Shown here: positions 36,870 through 50,330 of the stretch, piece by piece
Numbering within the stretch: the first letter of the stretch is position 1
Layout: each line of letters opens with the position of its first letter
Assembly: GCF_964194025.1 (NCBI RefSeq)
Contig: NC_134476.1
Location: 52,204,001-52,268,000, forward strand
DNA from: Convolutriloba macropyga
Lineage: Eukaryota
Direction of reading: 5' to 3'
Length of the DNA stretch: 64,000 bases
Translations under genes and position numbers: made by a program
The notes under the pieces: model-generated
The model's database searches: none
What the model was told of the DNA's origin: nothing
Seen by the model: only the letters and a program-made list of their open reading frames with translations

Positions 36870-39350
36870 GTATAGTAGATGTAATGGCAGGTTTTATTGA
36901 TCAGAACTCAAAACTTAAGGAACTTTCAAAATGTAAGAGTAATTTTCCGATGTGTTAGATGTGCGAAAAACGGGCTGGTATTAATGAAATCCAAATTTCA
37001 CAAGCCTCGGTAGAAACCCGCTCTCAGCCCAGCAGGTATTGGCTTAATTTTAATGGAAAAAACCTCATCAAAAATATCTGGAGGGAGGTTCTTCGCTGAA
37101 GGGCAGTCCTTTAATATTGCCGAGCAAAAGAGAAGGTTTAAGTGATCCGACATCTTAAGCAAAATTTTGTCGGCCACCATCACAGGCTAACGGGGAAACG
37201 CCCTCATGCGCAATGGTGATACTCCGCCCATTACTTTCAAGAACAAAAACAGAGGATGACGCTGGCAAAACAAGTTTTTTAAAACAAGCTTAGATCAATC
37301 AAAATGGCACCTTGACTCCTTGTCTTGAAGCAAAGGCTATCCAGGAAAGGTGTGTGTTTTCCTTTGACAAGGTAGACAAAAATTGTCCATCAGGTATTAC
37401 ATGAGAAACATCCAAAACCAAAAACTAAGGTACATTTTGTGAAATGATTATCCGAACGTTTTGCCATAACATCAGTCAATATTTGACAAACTTAATGACT
37501 CGTCCGTTAGACAGTCGGAAATCCGGACGCCTTGAAGCCATGGCCCATTGCAGCCAGTTCTAAACAATCAAAGCACATGGGAACTGTCGATCTGACTTTC
37601 CTTCTTCCCTGTTACGCGTGGAAGATGATAATCGTTGATAAGTGTCTGGGTTGTTAGACAATTGACTTAGAATGGGTCTTAAAGCGCAATATAGGTGAAG
37701 GAACTCGAATCACGATGTGAGGATACTAGGCGAAGAGCAACAACTTTGTTTGGGACGAAAAGTGGAATAGATCTTGCAGTAACATAGAAAACTGTTGTCC
37801 TTCTTTCTCTATGCCGCTTCGTGCAGTTCATAACGTGAACTGTCAAATCCGTACATGAATCGGAAACGCTTTCATCTCAAGGAGTTGCCACACAAGGCGA
37901 TCCGCTTGCAATTCCAATGTATGAGATTTCTATAACTGAACTTCTTGCTGACAAAATAAAAAATAAATAATTGAAAATCGTATGAGGATTATGGTAACTA
38001 GCGCAGTCAGCTCTCTGAAATGTCCGCAAAAACTTCTTGAGTCGCTGAAGGAACGTTACGCTGCCGTTGATTGTCATATCATATTAAAATAACAACTTAT
38101 TGAAAATGCAAAGCGAATTTGCTCACATGATAAAAAGAAATAGTCGATAGATCTTTGGGTAGTGTTTTGAGGTCTGGAAGTAAATGTCCAGACAACAACT
38201 TCACAGATCACAAATCTCCCATCACTCCAAATTTTTGCCAGAAGACGTTCACTTCATCTGTTCACTTTAACCCAACTTTTTTTACTCTTTCAATCACCAT
38301 TGTTTGCCATCTTTTTCTAGATTGTCAGAAAGCGATCAATGATGAATTAATACTGAGTTTATTTCGGCATACAAAATACCGCATACAAAGTACCGGGAAG
38401 TTCTCGCTATCGTTACGGGAGTGTGGCTCAAGCATTTTGAAAATCTAATTAATACAAAAGGTCGATCGAGCTTTCAAGTGCTATCTCTATCGCCCCCTGA
38501 AAATGAGTAAATGGAACTGATAGCCATATCTGAAATTTATAAAATACTGTTTGTTCTCAAATAAAAAAGACAAATTTTAAGACCGAATTAAGAAAGCTCA
38601 CTTGATCCTGTCAGTTAAGAAGGAGCATCAAAGATGGGTGAAGGCTATGCCACTGAAGGAATATCTTTTCAATTAAACGGAAAACGAATTTCGTGATGGT
38701 ATTGCTCTACGCTGTGGTGGTATTTGGTCAAGATTCCATCTGTGTGTGCTTGCAATGAAAATTTCACTTTAGTTTATGCCCTCAATTGTCCAAAGGGAGG
38801 ATGCACACATCTATGAGAAAACGAACAGCGAGATTCATTTGTGACATTTTTCTCGATGTGCGCCTTGATTTCGAGATTCTGCTCTTCTGCCGTTACAAAG
38901 GGTAACTTTTTGTCATACGTCAACTACATTTCAGGATGATTCAAGATTAGACATCATTTCTAATTGTCTTGGTTAATCAAGATTTAGTTAGACCTAATTC
39001 TACGTCAAAAGTTTGCTTCAAATGTCAAAAAGTTGAAATTTTTACCGGAGCATACAAATGACACGAACTTGTAAAGAAAAATGAATACCAGCAACGAGTG
39101 ATCGATGAAGCAGCTTTCTGTCTACTTATTCTCGCTTGAACTGGTAGACCTGTCCTTCAGCTTCAAGGGCGCTGACACAATGAGCTTAGAATTTCTCTGC
39201 CGAGAAAGAAGACAGATTACCTGGGAAGAATAATCAGCTTTGCGCTCCTTAGGAGCTCCAAGAGAGCCACGCTCTTTGCTTTTGAGTCTTCGTTTGTGCT
39301 CATATTCATAAATTGGGAAATACAAAATGCCTTAGACAGATGCAGAGCTG
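36870..39350 (+). mobile_element. Heavily decayed CRE-like non-LTR element (restriction-like endonuclease clade)
   Basis: Remnant motifs LGSVLRS, EFRDGIALR, CACNENFTLVYALNCPKGG...ENEQRD (decayed CCHC/RHNE.RD), DDSRLDII, KKNEYQQRV. Boundaries approximate. Confidence 0.65.
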
Positions 39351-39389
39351 GGAGGAAATCGGACCGGCCAATATTGGCCAAGGGTTGTT

Positions 39390-40846
39390 TAATAGCCGCG
39401 CTCATCTTCTCAGCCGGCTATTATAGCGCTCCTATTTTTTTTACTTCGTCTAACTTTTTTTTTTATCTTTACCCATTTTGCCGCTTTTTCGACATTTTGC
39501 GTGAAATCTTTTTGACTTCTCTAGGCTAGTTTCACTCGTCTGTCATTCTGCTCAAAGTGCTTTTAAACAGCAGCTGCTCAGCAAAGCAATTCAAAATGAA
39601 AAGAGTCAGTATAAAATCAATGTCAGAAATAGAAACGGGATAAACCCATAAAGCCCATTTTTAGACGCCCGGTACTTGAACTTTGTTCTCATAAGTTTTA
39701 GTTACTATCTATAATGCTTTTTATAGCTGCGAAGCTGTAAGCTCAGGGAAGCTATATTGCGGTGCTCTTGGTTTTTTACAATTCAAAGAATTTGAATTGT
39801 ATTTAGGCGCTGTCTTTTTTTTAAGATCTGTTCACACATTTTCATGATTTTTGAAGTCAAATTGGAGTAGTGATTTTGGTCACGCCGAAACAGGAAGTGG
39901 AGCGAAAAAGGGAGTGGTTTTGCGGCGTGAATTTTTTCGCTCCAAATTTAAAGTAGAGTGAGAAAACGGTGTTTGAACAAAAATTCGCTTTCTCGCTAGT
40001 GGTTTTTTTTCACATGCGGGAATCTGACTTTGATTTTTTACTGTTTTTCCGTTTTTTTGGATCGAATTTTTTTTCTAAATGGTTTTACCAATCCATTCTT
40101 AGTCCGTTTTAGGTCTAGTTTTCTGTTTAGTCAATGAAAATTCTTTGAACTGACTACTTTGACTTGTCCTGCTATGTTTTTTGTTTCGTCGTCTGATGCT
40201 CTTTTTTCGTTTTACATTTGTTCACACAGCAAAGCTGAAAAAGTCCATTTTTTCTGTATGACTTCTTCCTCTCACTAACGGCATTTGCGCGCGTGACGTA
40301 ATTTCTCACTCGCTTTAGCAAAAGTTTTTACGTTATTTGCGTGATTAGATTTTGATAATACGTGACACCTCACTCAATAAAATGACTTTTGCACTTTAAA
40401 ACTTAAGTTTAATTTGAATTTGTTTAAGGTTAAAGGAACTCATATGTGCAGTAAAGGTCCCTAATAAGAGGCTTCTGTGGAATGAATTTTAACAAGCGTT
40501 ATTAATTTATCGCTGAATGTTTTTACCTAGTTTTTTGAGCGGCGTTGATTTTTTTTTTCAATTTAGATCTGTATCTGTTTCTATCTCTATTATATGGCAC
40601 GCAGGTCTATTCTTTCGCAGCTATTCCGGCAATCTGCCGGCTATGTTTGGTATTGATACTAGACCCTGTAGCCTCTCTCTGATAGACAGGAGTATGTTCA
40701 ATTACAAAATGACATCAAAATAAATCGCACTTAAAAATGTTTTTATACGAAAATCAATTTTTGTTGATATTTTCTGTTCTTTCAATCCCAATAGAGTTAT
40801 GGGAATAAACGGCGGCTATTTTCCGGCAATCTGCCGGGTATGTTTT
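39390..40846 (+). mobile_element. HINE family A copy 2, interrupted by a family B element
   Basis: 39390-39720 plus 40649-40846 are collinear with 34797-35326 and have the same subTIRs and 3' hairpin. Confidence 0.78.
39721..40648 (+). mobile_element. HINE family B copy 1, nested in family A copy 2
   Basis: ATAGCTGCGAAGC...AGCTATA start; GCAGCTATT + CCGGCAATCTGCCGG end; inserted in a T-run without TSD; body matches 44964-45934. Confidence 0.78.
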
Positions 40847-41820
40847 TTAATTTACCTTTATCCTTGTAATAATTTCTGTTTTTGGATTTTTTTTTCGAGT
40901 AATTTTACTCCGTTATTAACTTAGAAACTGCAGCTTTTCAAGTATTTGCTCCAATATTTCTTTAAATATTTAATCATTACATCAGTCAATTGAGTTTTCA
41001 ACTAAGTTACAGCCCAGCTGTGATGTACAAAGTGAATTCAATGCCTTTTAGAAAATGAAAATCAACTTAAGGAAGGCGCAACAGTCAATAATTCCCCCTA
41101 TAGAGCTGGCACTTAGTATTCTATCGTGCCAGGACACTGAATAGTTCCAGATATCGGACGTGTTACATCGGTTGTTTAAGGGTTCTTCGATTGATCAGTT
41201 GGTAGCGCATTTTTTGGCCATCACAGCAGTAGGTTTTCAGTTTGTCGCATGCATTTTTTCGTAGTATTTATTGTTATAACGACGGATTTTTAACAAAACT
41301 ATTTTTGCACAGGGAGTTTTTCTTCACTTCTTATTCTGACTCATTGTTGTCCTGTATTTGTAATTCCTCGAATTATGTTTACAGTCTTTTACTAGTTACT
41401 GACCTGTAATATTTTCCTTTTTGATAGTTTTGGGTGCTTTTAAATTTGCCCCTGTGAATAAAATTATGCACAAATATCAATAGTCGTCGAAGTAGACATA
41501 AATGATGTTTTTCTATAGGCACACTATCTGTAGTTCTTCCAAATGAGCAGTTTTCGTAATGTTAATTTTTTTTGAACGAACCGTTATACTCACATGTGTT
41601 GTTGGTTTTAGCTCTGCTCTGCTTTCATTACTTGAACAATGTCGAAAGAGAATGATGAATTATTGAGTCCGACAGTGGCATGCGCTCATTATTTTGTGCT
41701 ATCAGTATCAATGACGGCAAATTGAATATTCCTTGGGAGCAGTTCCTTTGATGTTAACTGATTGTTGTAGATTTTTCATTGACGGATTTTTTTCAATGAT
41801 AAATCATTTGGTTTGTTTAG

Positions 41821-44421
41821 AAACATGATGACGATGATGAGGAAGACGAGAACGAAGATTTAAATGACGCCAACTTTGACGAGTTCGCTGGCTATGGAGG
41901 GAGTCTGTTTGGGAATGCGCCTTACGAGAAAGACGACGAGGAGGCCGATATGATTTACGAGTCAATTGACAAGCGACTGGACGAGAGACGAAAAGACAGA
42001 AGAGAGTTGAAATTTCAGGAGGAGATCCGAAAGGTAAGAGAGGAGAGGCCTAAAATTCAGCAACAGTTTTCTGATTTGAAGCGAAAATTAGCTGATGTTA
42101 GCAGTGACGAATGGCTGAACATCCCAGAAGTGGGGGATAGTAGGAACAGGAAGCAACGCAGCTTGCGAATTGAACAGATGACACCACTGCCAGACTCGGT
42201 TCTGGCCAGAGCTGCTGGGCAGGATGCGACTACTAGCTCTATTGACCCGAATGCGGGTTTGACAACTCCTGGAACCCTGTCAACGTTGGGAACATCAAGT
42301 GTAGATCTCCGAAAAGTGGGAGAAGCAAGGAACACTTTAATTGACATCAAATTGAAACAAGTCTCAGACTCTGTCACTGGACAAACTACAGTTGATCCGA
42401 AAGGTTATCTAACTGACCTGCAGTCTATGCTTCCGGCGTATGGCGGTGATATTCAAGATGTAAAGAAAGCGAGATTGTTGCTCAAATCTGTCAGAGATAC
42501 AAACCCGGGTCACGCACCTGCCTGGATCGCATCTGCCAGACTGGAAGAGGTCGTGGGAAAACTACAGGTTGCTAGAAATCTGATTATGAAGGGAACTGAA
42601 GCGTGTCCAAAAAGCGAAGATTGTTGGTTGGAGGCAATAAGGTTGCAACCTGGTGATACTGGAAAAGTTGTCGTGGCTCAAGCGGTGAGACAGTTACCTT
42701 TATCAGTTAAATTGTGGTTGAAGGCTGCCGACCTTGAAACTGACAATAAAGCTAAGAAACGAGTGTACCGAAAAGCCCTGGAACATATTCCAAATTCTGT
42801 GAAATTGTGGAAAACAGCTGTGGATTTGGAGGACGAAGATGAAGCGCGTATTATGCTTGGTCGAGCAGTTGAATGCTGTCCTCAAAGTGTTGACATGTGG
42901 CTAGCTCTTGCAAAGTTGGAAGAGTATGAAAATGCAAAAGCAGTGTTGAACAAAGCGAGGCAGAATATTCCAAATGACCGGCAAATTTGGCTAACTGCTG
43001 CAAAGCTTGAAGACACGGCTGGAAATAGAGATAACGTTGATAAGATTATCAAAAGAGCTATTGAGTCTTTACGAAGTCACAGAGTTGATGTTTCACGTGA
43101 TGAATGGTTAACTGATGCTGAAAATTGCGAGAAAGCTGGAAATATTTTAACCTGCCAAGCAATAATATCGAATGTTGTTGGAATGAACGTTGATGAGCAA
43201 GATCGAGAAGACGTATGGCTTGATGATGCTGAAACTATGACCTCTAAGGGTTCCATAGAATGTGCCCGGGCTATTTACATGCATGCATTGCATATATTCC
43301 CAAGTCATCAGAGAATATGGGAAGAGGCGGCGCATTTCGAAAGGGCGAAGGGTTCCAGAGAAACATTGGAATCTTTGTTACAACAAGCTGTTATTCATTG
43401 TCCAAAAGCGGAAGATCTGTGGCTGATGGGCGCTAAGACAAAATGGTTAGCCAATGATGTGAACGCTGCAAGGCAAATTCTAGCGCTGGCTTTTAAAGCC
43501 AACCCGAATAGTGAGAAAATCTGGCTAGCTGCTGTTAAATTGGAGAGTGAAAACGGACATTTTTCAAGAGCGAGAACTTTGCTGAAAAACGCAAGAAGCA
43601 GTTCAATGACAGCACGTGTACTTATGAAATCGATCAAGCTTGAATGGGCGTTGGGCGAAATAGACGAAGCGAAGCGGTTAGCTAAAGAAGGAATCAAAAT
43701 GTATGAAAACTTTGACAAAATGTGGATGATGCTGGGTCAACTTGAACAACTTTCAAGCAATTCAGAAGAGACCAGAAAACTTTACAATGACGGTCTCAAA
43801 AAGTGCCCGCATTCTATAACATTATGGATTTTGCTGTCAAGATTTGAAGAGAATTTGAAAAATGTAATTCGTGCTCGAGCGTTACTAGAAAAGGCTCGTT
43901 TAAAAAACCCACAAAATCCAGATTTGTGGCTGGAAGCAATAAGACTTGAATTACGTAATTGCAATCACGTTATTGGACATAATTTAATGGCGAGAGCATT
44001 GCAAGAATGTCCAACAGCCGGAAAATTATGGTCAGATGCAATTTTCATGGAAGGCAGGCCACAACGCAAATCGAAGAGTTTGGACGCCTTGAAAAAATGC
44101 GAACATGACCCTCACGTTGTGCTCAGCATCGCTTTGCTGTTCTGGTGCGACCGCAAAATACAGAAAAGCCGGGAATGGTTTGCCAGAGCGCTGAAACTGG
44201 ACTCAGATTTAGGCGACAGTTGGGCATATCTGTACAAGTTCGAGTCACAATTTGGAAAAGAGGAGACTTTGAAGGACATCGAAGCGCGTTGTGAGAAAGC
44301 AGATCCGAAGCACGGGGAGCATTGGTGTAAAGTGTCGAAAGATATTCAGAATTGGAGGAAAGATGCTATTGATGTTCTCAAGCTAGTAGCTGAAGCGCTG
44401 CCTCCTATTGAGAAGCTTTAA
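41821..44421 (+). CDS. PRPF6: PRPF6 coding exon 2, 866 aa (rest of PRP1_N and all HAT/TPR repeats)
   Basis: Open frame from the acceptor (43 codons before the ORF-track Met at 41950); motifs [72 protein letters not shown]; stop TAA at 44419-44421. Confidence 0.97.
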   Translation, partial: KHDDDDEEDENEDLNDANFDEFAGYGGSLFGNAPYEKDDEEADMIYESIDKRLDERRKDRRELKFQEEIRKVREERPKIQQQFSDLKRKLADVSSDEWLNIPEVGDSRNRKQRSLRIEQMTPLPDSVLARAAGQDATTSSIDPNAGLTTPGTLSTLGTSSVDLRKVGEARNTLIDIKLKQVSDSVTGQTTVDPKGYLTDLQSMLPAYGGDIQDVKKARLLLKSVRDTNPGHAPAWIASARLEEVVGKLQVARNLIMKGTEACPKSEDCWLEAIRLQPGDTGKVVVAQAVRQLPLSVKLWLKAADLETDNKAKKRVYRKALEHIPNSVKLWKTAVDLEDEDEARIMLGRAVECCPQSVDMWLALAKLEEYENAKAVLNKARQNIPNDRQIWLTAAKLEDTAGNRDNVDKIIKRAIESLRSHRVDVSRDEWLTDAENCEKAGNILTCQAIISNVVGMNVDEQDREDVWLDDAETMTSKGSIECARAIYMHALHIFPSHQRIWEEAAHFERAKGSRETLESLLQQAVIHCPKAEDLWLMGAKTKWLANDVNAARQILALAFKANPNSEKIWLAAVKLESENGHFSRARTLLKNARSSSMTARVLMKSIKLEWALGEIDEAKRLAKEGIKMYENFDKMWMMLGQLEQLSSNSEETRKLYNDGLKKCPHSITLWILLSRFEENLKNVIRARALLEKARLKNPQNPDLWLEAIRLELRNCNHVIGHNLMARALQECPTAGKLWSDAIFMEGRPQRKSKSLDALKKCEHDPHVVLSIALLFWCDRKIQKSREWFARALKLDSDLGDSWAYLYKFESQFGKEETLKDIEARCEKADPKHGEHWCKVSKDIQNWRKDAIDVLKLVAEALPPIEKL

Positions 44422-44963
44422 ACTCGAGATTGTTTGAAGGCCGAAGTAGCCCCGAGTCTGGTATTAAAATCAAAACAATGGACGTTAACTGCAATGTGTA
44501 TGTTTAGAATATATTTAGCTGTGATAAACAGAATTACTTAAATTTACAGTGTCGTCTAGATGGAGTTTTTATCAGCGCAAATTTGATGGCTCTCCGCTAA
44601 TTTTGATTTCTGAGTGGCATTTGATGCGCTATTTTTTGACGGTTTCATGTGAAATTGACACTCTCTCATGTGAAACCAAAATGTCCTTTACTGAGCTAAA
44701 AGTTAACATTGGTTTTCACGTTAGTTTTTTAAATGTGCCTTAAGTAAAAGACTAGATGTAAATGCTCTAGTAATTGTTTCCTTGGCATGCACAAGATGTG
44801 CAATAAAAACGGTAATGGGGCACCAGTTTTGTGAATCTGAGTTAAGCTTAACTTTCCTTTGAGTCAAAATGCCAAACTTGAATTTTCTGGATACGAAAAA
44901 TATCGTTTTTAATTGTTCTCGAACGAAGTTCGTAGCAATTATTGTAAACGTGTTGGTCTTTTT

Positions 44964-45934
44964 TAATAGCCGCGAAGCGATAGCTGAGGCTATTATTGGC
45001 CTTCTCTTTTTTTACAATTCAAAGAATTTGAATTGTATTCGGACGCTGTCTTTTTTTAAGAACTGTTCACACATTTTCATGATATTTGAAGTCAAATTGG
45101 AGTAGTGATTTTGGTCACGCCGAAACAGGAAGTGGAGCGAAAATGCGAAAGGTTTTGCAGTGTGAAATTTTTTCACTCTAATTTTAAAGTAGAGTGAGAA
45201 AACGGTGTTTGAACAAAAATTCGCTTTCTCGCTAGTGGTTTTTTGGTCCCATGAGGCAATTTCACTTTGATTTTTACTGTTTTTTCAATCCATTCATAGT
45301 TAATTCTAGGCCTAGCTCTTTGTTTTAACCAAAATTTGCTTTCTCGCTAGTGGTTTTTTGTTCACATGCGGCATTTTGACATTGATTTTCGGATTTTTTA
45401 TCTGATTTTTTTAGAAATGGTTATCCCAATTGACTCATAGTCCGTTCTAGGTCTAGTTGTTTGTTTAGTCAGTTCTTTGAATTGTACGTCAGGATTTGTC
45501 CTATGTTTTATTTCGTCGTCAAGATTTTTACGACCATATGACGTCACAATCACTTCAAATCTGCTTTTTGTTCATTCGTTCATGCAATTTCAAATGATGT
45601 GCATGCGTGACCATTTTTCACTTATTGGAGCTAGTTTTCATTCGCGTGAAAAAGTTTGGTCACACGTGATTTGTCTCACTCAAAAATGACTTCCTCACTC
45701 TAAAATTGACTTTTCATCACTTTAATTCAAAGAGATAAGGTCAAGCGAGTGTGCGTCACTCTAATTGAAGGTTATTTGAGTGCAGTGAATAGAAGTAGCA
45801 TGGGGATAAACAGATTCTTAATAAGAAATATAACATCAGCATTTATTAAAAAAAGAAATTTTGGTCTGTTTCTTTTATCCTTTTGAGACTGCAGATCTAT
45901 CGCGGCTATTTTCTGGCAATCTGCCAGCTATGTT
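44964..45934 (+). mobile_element. HINE family B copy 2
   Basis: AATAGCCGCGAAGCGATAGCTGAGGCTATTA start; GCGGCTATT + CTGGCA-ATC-TGCCAG end; body homologous to 39721-40648. Confidence 0.78.
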
Positions 45935-46755
45935 ATGAAAATTTTTCGCGTGATCATTTTGGGTTTTTCTTTTAGAACATTCTTTGACTTCTCAAGTGAC
46001 TTTTTCACGCTTTCGTTCTTCATTTTGAGTGATCTCTATTACTCGCACTCCTAAGTAAAGCTTGTCAAAATAATATAGATTGCAGCATAGCAAGAAGAGG
46101 GTAGTGTTTTGGTGAGGGAGTGGGAGGTTCGTGACCCGAATGCCATCTTGGTCAACTGTTTTTGCACCCATAAGGAAAAATTTATTTAGACTACCGCCCC
46201 TGAATTAAATTGCCTTGCCTTTCGTTCGAGAGCAACTCTTCAGGAATTAGTTGATTTATGTTTCCATACTGCCCGCAAAACCCTGTCCAAATTTATCAAG
46301 AGTTTTAAAAATTCAACAAGAGATGTACAAAATTGTTGAGAAATAAGCTTAAATTTATCGCCGTGATTTGTTATTAAGGTGAAATACTGACGAATATGAA
46401 GCCGTACTCTTCAAAAACAGCTGTTCTTGTAATATTTAGGCGCTCCTGTTCTTGCTATCTGAAAAGTTGTGGTTGTATTGGTTTTGTTGTAAGGTGGTTT
46501 TTTTCGTAAGATGTTGTTTGGCTGCGAAATGTTTGATCTTCTTCTCTTTGTTTGTACTCTAAATTGTGAACAAAGCTGCCGCGTAGTTAGTTGTCTTCTA
46601 ATTAAATGTTTAACGTTAAAAATTGCTTAAATTGGACGCTACTGGACCTAGTTGCCAATTTGTTGCACCCTATCTAACACAGTTAAAAGTCAAATACATA
46701 TACATAGTTTTCATGGACTGCTTGATCTTTCTTCGATTCCAATTACAAGACTTGG

Positions 46756-47186
46756 GGATCTTTTCAACAATTCCCCCCTTGGTACCTAGTAGAGAATCGC
46801 CACCCCTTCCGTGCTATATTTTACCGCGATATTACTTGGCCTACAGTTTAGATAACCGAATAATAGTTTAAGCGCAATTGCGGACCGCTGTTCATGGCCA
46901 TGCCTCTCATGTGGGATGTAATCCGGAAATCGCCTGTGGGTTATCTCGGCAAAGCCGCGACGCGCGTGAATCGCGCCCATCGACCCGCCAGTCGGAAATT
47001 CTTTTCGCTAAGAGTTCCGGTTCGGCTAGTTGCTATACCGTGCCGTATTTTATTCTATTCTATTTAACATAGTATGTGCATGCGTGGAAAGTTAGTCGTC
47101 TCTGATTGGTTAATAAAATGGCTCGCTTAAAATCTATTCAAGAATAGCCCCCCTTTTGCAAAAGGGGGCAATTGTTGAAAGGATCC
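46756..47186. mobile_element. MITE, 431 bp, with 8-bp TSD
   Basis: TIR GGATCTTTTCAACAATTCCCCC versus reverse complement GGATCCTTTCAACAATTGCCCCC; exact TSD AGACTTGG at 46748-46755 and 47187-47194. Confidence 0.9.
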
Positions 47187-47743
47187 AGACTTGGTTTTGA
47201 TTTCGTGCATTGCTGTTGAAAGCATTTTTAAGTAAATATTGTAGTCACATTTTTGGGTGAACTTTTTTTCTAGATCAGAATTGAACAACTTCGTCGTTTC
47301 CCAACTCCATGTGAAATTTTCATTATTCAAAAGCAAGCAAAATCAGTACAAAAAGGAGGAAATGAAATACTAGCTGTTTGATTTTGAGACTTCTAAGGAT
47401 TAAGTTTGAAGTACTTTTCTTGTTCTGGACGCTTTACGACTGTTTATTAGCTCAAACAGAAAGATAAAAAAGAACGAGAATTTTTGAACTGATGTTCAAA
47501 TATTACAAAACGACGACAGGATTTGTATTTTTGGTAAATCCGTTAATTTCTGAAGATTTCCATTCAGCAATTTTGTAAGCTTTTCATTAGGAAAAAATTT
47601 TTGTCTGATGACCAAAAAACGTTGAAAATCATCACGTTGAGTACTTCTTGAGCATAAATGTTGAACTTAAAATGTTCAAAACAGGAAGGAAAACAGTTCA
47701 ATAGCAGAAATTTTTAAAAGTTCATGTTTTTGAGTTAAAATTG

Positions 47744-47873
47744 GGGTCTTTCCCATTATAGTCCCCCCCCCCACCTTAGTGGTCAGATAACCTATAGCCC
47801 CCAAACATGGTAATTATTCCATAATGGGGGGCTATAATTTCATGGGGGGGGGGGGCTATAATGGGAAAGACCC
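47744..47873. mobile_element. MITE, 130 bp, same family as 17159-17279
   Basis: Same TIRs; exact 8-bp TSD TAAAATTG at 47736-47743 and 47874-47881. Confidence 0.9.
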
Positions 47874-49419
47874 TAAAATTGTACGTAATCCACAATACGA
47901 ACGCCTAATTCGCATGGTCGGTTTTTACCCTGGATATTCAGGAGAATTAAAACCAAATTTAAGGGAACGGATTAAAATCACTCTGTGCACGACTTCAGAA
48001 GAACGAGTCAAACTTTAGAAGAACCTTTGACGAACAACAATGGACAAGTAACAAATGCCAATGCGGTAAACGTCTAATAGTTGATTAACCAAATTTGGTG
48101 AGTTTGTTGAAAAGCTGAAGTAACATACACTCAGAACTCAAAATAGTTTCTAAATAATAAAGTGAACCAAAAAATACCAAAAAGTTCGCATTTTTTTTCT
48201 TAATTATCGTTTTCTCTTCTAAGCTATTTAACTTTAGTCAGGGCAGATACTAGGTGGGCTTGATAGCCACGTTTATCTGTCCTCTCCGAGATACCTTTGA
48301 TATGTGAAAAATTTAATTGATATATATTATGAATTATTTAATGTATTATGTAATTTATTAAATTGTTGATAATTTTTATGATAAAGGAAAAATTTATCTT
48401 TCTTTCTTCGTTTTGCGGCAATCGAGTAAAATCTACAGCCGAGAGATTAGGGGATGAACAGACTTTAGGTGGTGTAAAATGAATAGAAAATATTGTGAAG
48501 AATAATAGCGAAACAGTTGAAAAGCGGTTTGTTGTTTTGGTAACAGTTGGACAATTATCTCATAGAAGGCACTTAGATTAAAAAATTTTGTTTTTCAAGT
48601 AATCTAATTCTCAAATCATAACCAGTCCAAAGTAGTGAACACTAGCGTAACATAGTGAACTAATGAAACAAAAGAAAACTAATGCCGCTTTCAATCTATG
48701 TAAACGGTTTTATATTTGGGCGCAAAAATTTTTGGACCTAATTATAATTTCTGAGCGCAAACCCAAACATTGCTTTTTCAGCCACGAGGTAAATGAATCT
48801 TGTTTTAGACAATAACTCTGTGCAATTTTGAAGGAAATAAATCAGGAAAAGGAATATTTTTCTTGTACCAAAGATTAAATAGACGAACACTTCTCAACAC
48901 AAAACAACAGTTTTTGAGACAAAATTGACAAACCGCAGTTTTTTGGTCAATTAAATCCTGGAAATATTTTCAGAGATTTCAATCATCGGCTCTGTACGAA
49001 TGAAACAGAAGTTGATCTCATGTTTAAACAAACATAGAATTTTCGATTCCTTTGTTTGAATGAAATTTCTATCCTGTCACAAATTAACAAAATTGGAAAG
49101 TATAAAACGTCCTAAAAATTGCGCAAGATCAGATAATTTGCCATTGGCATAGAAAGTTTTAAATGCTACTAAAAACTATGTGAATACAAATTTTTGGTTT
49201 TCACGAAGTCGTCCGCCTCTTCTGCTAATTATAAGAGGTGTGAAAAGCCCATAAACAAATTAAACTTATACAAAATTTTACATCCTATAGTGAAAAAAAT
49301 GAAAAAAAAATTAGAAAAATATGAGTTTCGAAAAATTGAGAGTTTACAGCGCAAGTAAGGAAAACACTGTAGTTTCACACGTTTTTTTGATCGAATTATG
49401 TTTGTAAGTTTCCTCGATG

Positions 49420-50330
49420 AAGTCTGCGTTTCGAGAGTTCATATATAACTGATTTATATAAATGATTTTAACAAATGATTTACCAGAGTTTTTCTTGAAT
49501 AAAAGATTTTATTCGCGGACGACACAAAAATTGTTGGTTCAGGAACCCATCAAGCATTTTTATAAAATGATATTGATAGTGCTATCACGTGGAGTAAAAA
49601 GAACTATTTGAATTTTAATTTCACGAAGTTCAAGTTTATGAAAATGTCTCTACAAAATCGCGCTGACCGAGAATTGTCTTTTCAAGCAAGAGAACATCAG
49701 ATTGAACGGTTCAAGTCGATAAGAGATATTAGGGTAAATTTCTCTCAAAACTCTTTTTGCGAAATTCACACTGACTTTATTGTAAAGCTAGAATTATTAT
49801 TATTGTGAAGCTAGTGCATTTTCGACGAGTTATGCCTGCTGAAGCAAAAGCGAGTGTTAATTGCGTTCTGTCTAAAAATTATTTACTTTCAGTTCTCTAC
49901 CCCCGATCAATTATTTGGTGCCTCAGTAAATTTAATCTACAGCGTGTGGAGAAAGTTCAAAGAAGATGTGTTTAATGGATTTGTAGAAAATTGAACATCT
50001 CGGAGTCAGGCTATGTGTTAAGTCTGATTAACCAAGGTCTTTTGCCCAATGGGTACAAGCTGGTCCTTACAGATCTCCTTCTTTTGAACAAAATACTTGT
50101 TAGACAGACTATTCTGAATCCACTTGATTTCTGGGAGATCTATTCACACTACTTCAATACAAGGTCCAGAGGCAAAGTCTTGATTTATGCTAGAGAAATG
50201 AGACAGATGCGGTGCAAAAAAATTTAAAATTTGTTTGTTCGTGAAGTTAAATTTAACAATGCGTTTTCATTCACCTGCAATCTTTCCTGGTATACGCCTC
50301 TGGTGAATCCCATAACGTTTTAGAGAATTG
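49420..50330 (+). mobile_element. Decayed CR1/L2-like RT 3' remnant
   Basis: LIYINDF, LFADDTKIVG, LQRVEKVQRRC, DLLLLNKI remnants. Boundaries approximate. Confidence 0.65.

Larger units (their letters stand above)
24265..41820 (+). other. PRPF6: PRPF6 intron, 17,556 bp, GT-AG
   Basis: GTAAGT donor; TTTGGTTTGTTTAG acceptor ending at 41820; the join gives in-frame HAPPPKK|[22 protein letters not shown] with no obviously missing conserved block. Confidence 0.88.

Noticed and set aside
41950-44421. 823-aa ORF as a complete or retrocopied PRPF6
   Set aside because: The frame is open back to the acceptor at 41820 and the missing conserved N-terminus is at 24088-24264.
46100-48050. Possible Gypsy RT/RNase H remnant on the minus strand (LLNNENFTWS)
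   Set aside because: Only one weak motif; too decayed to support a call.
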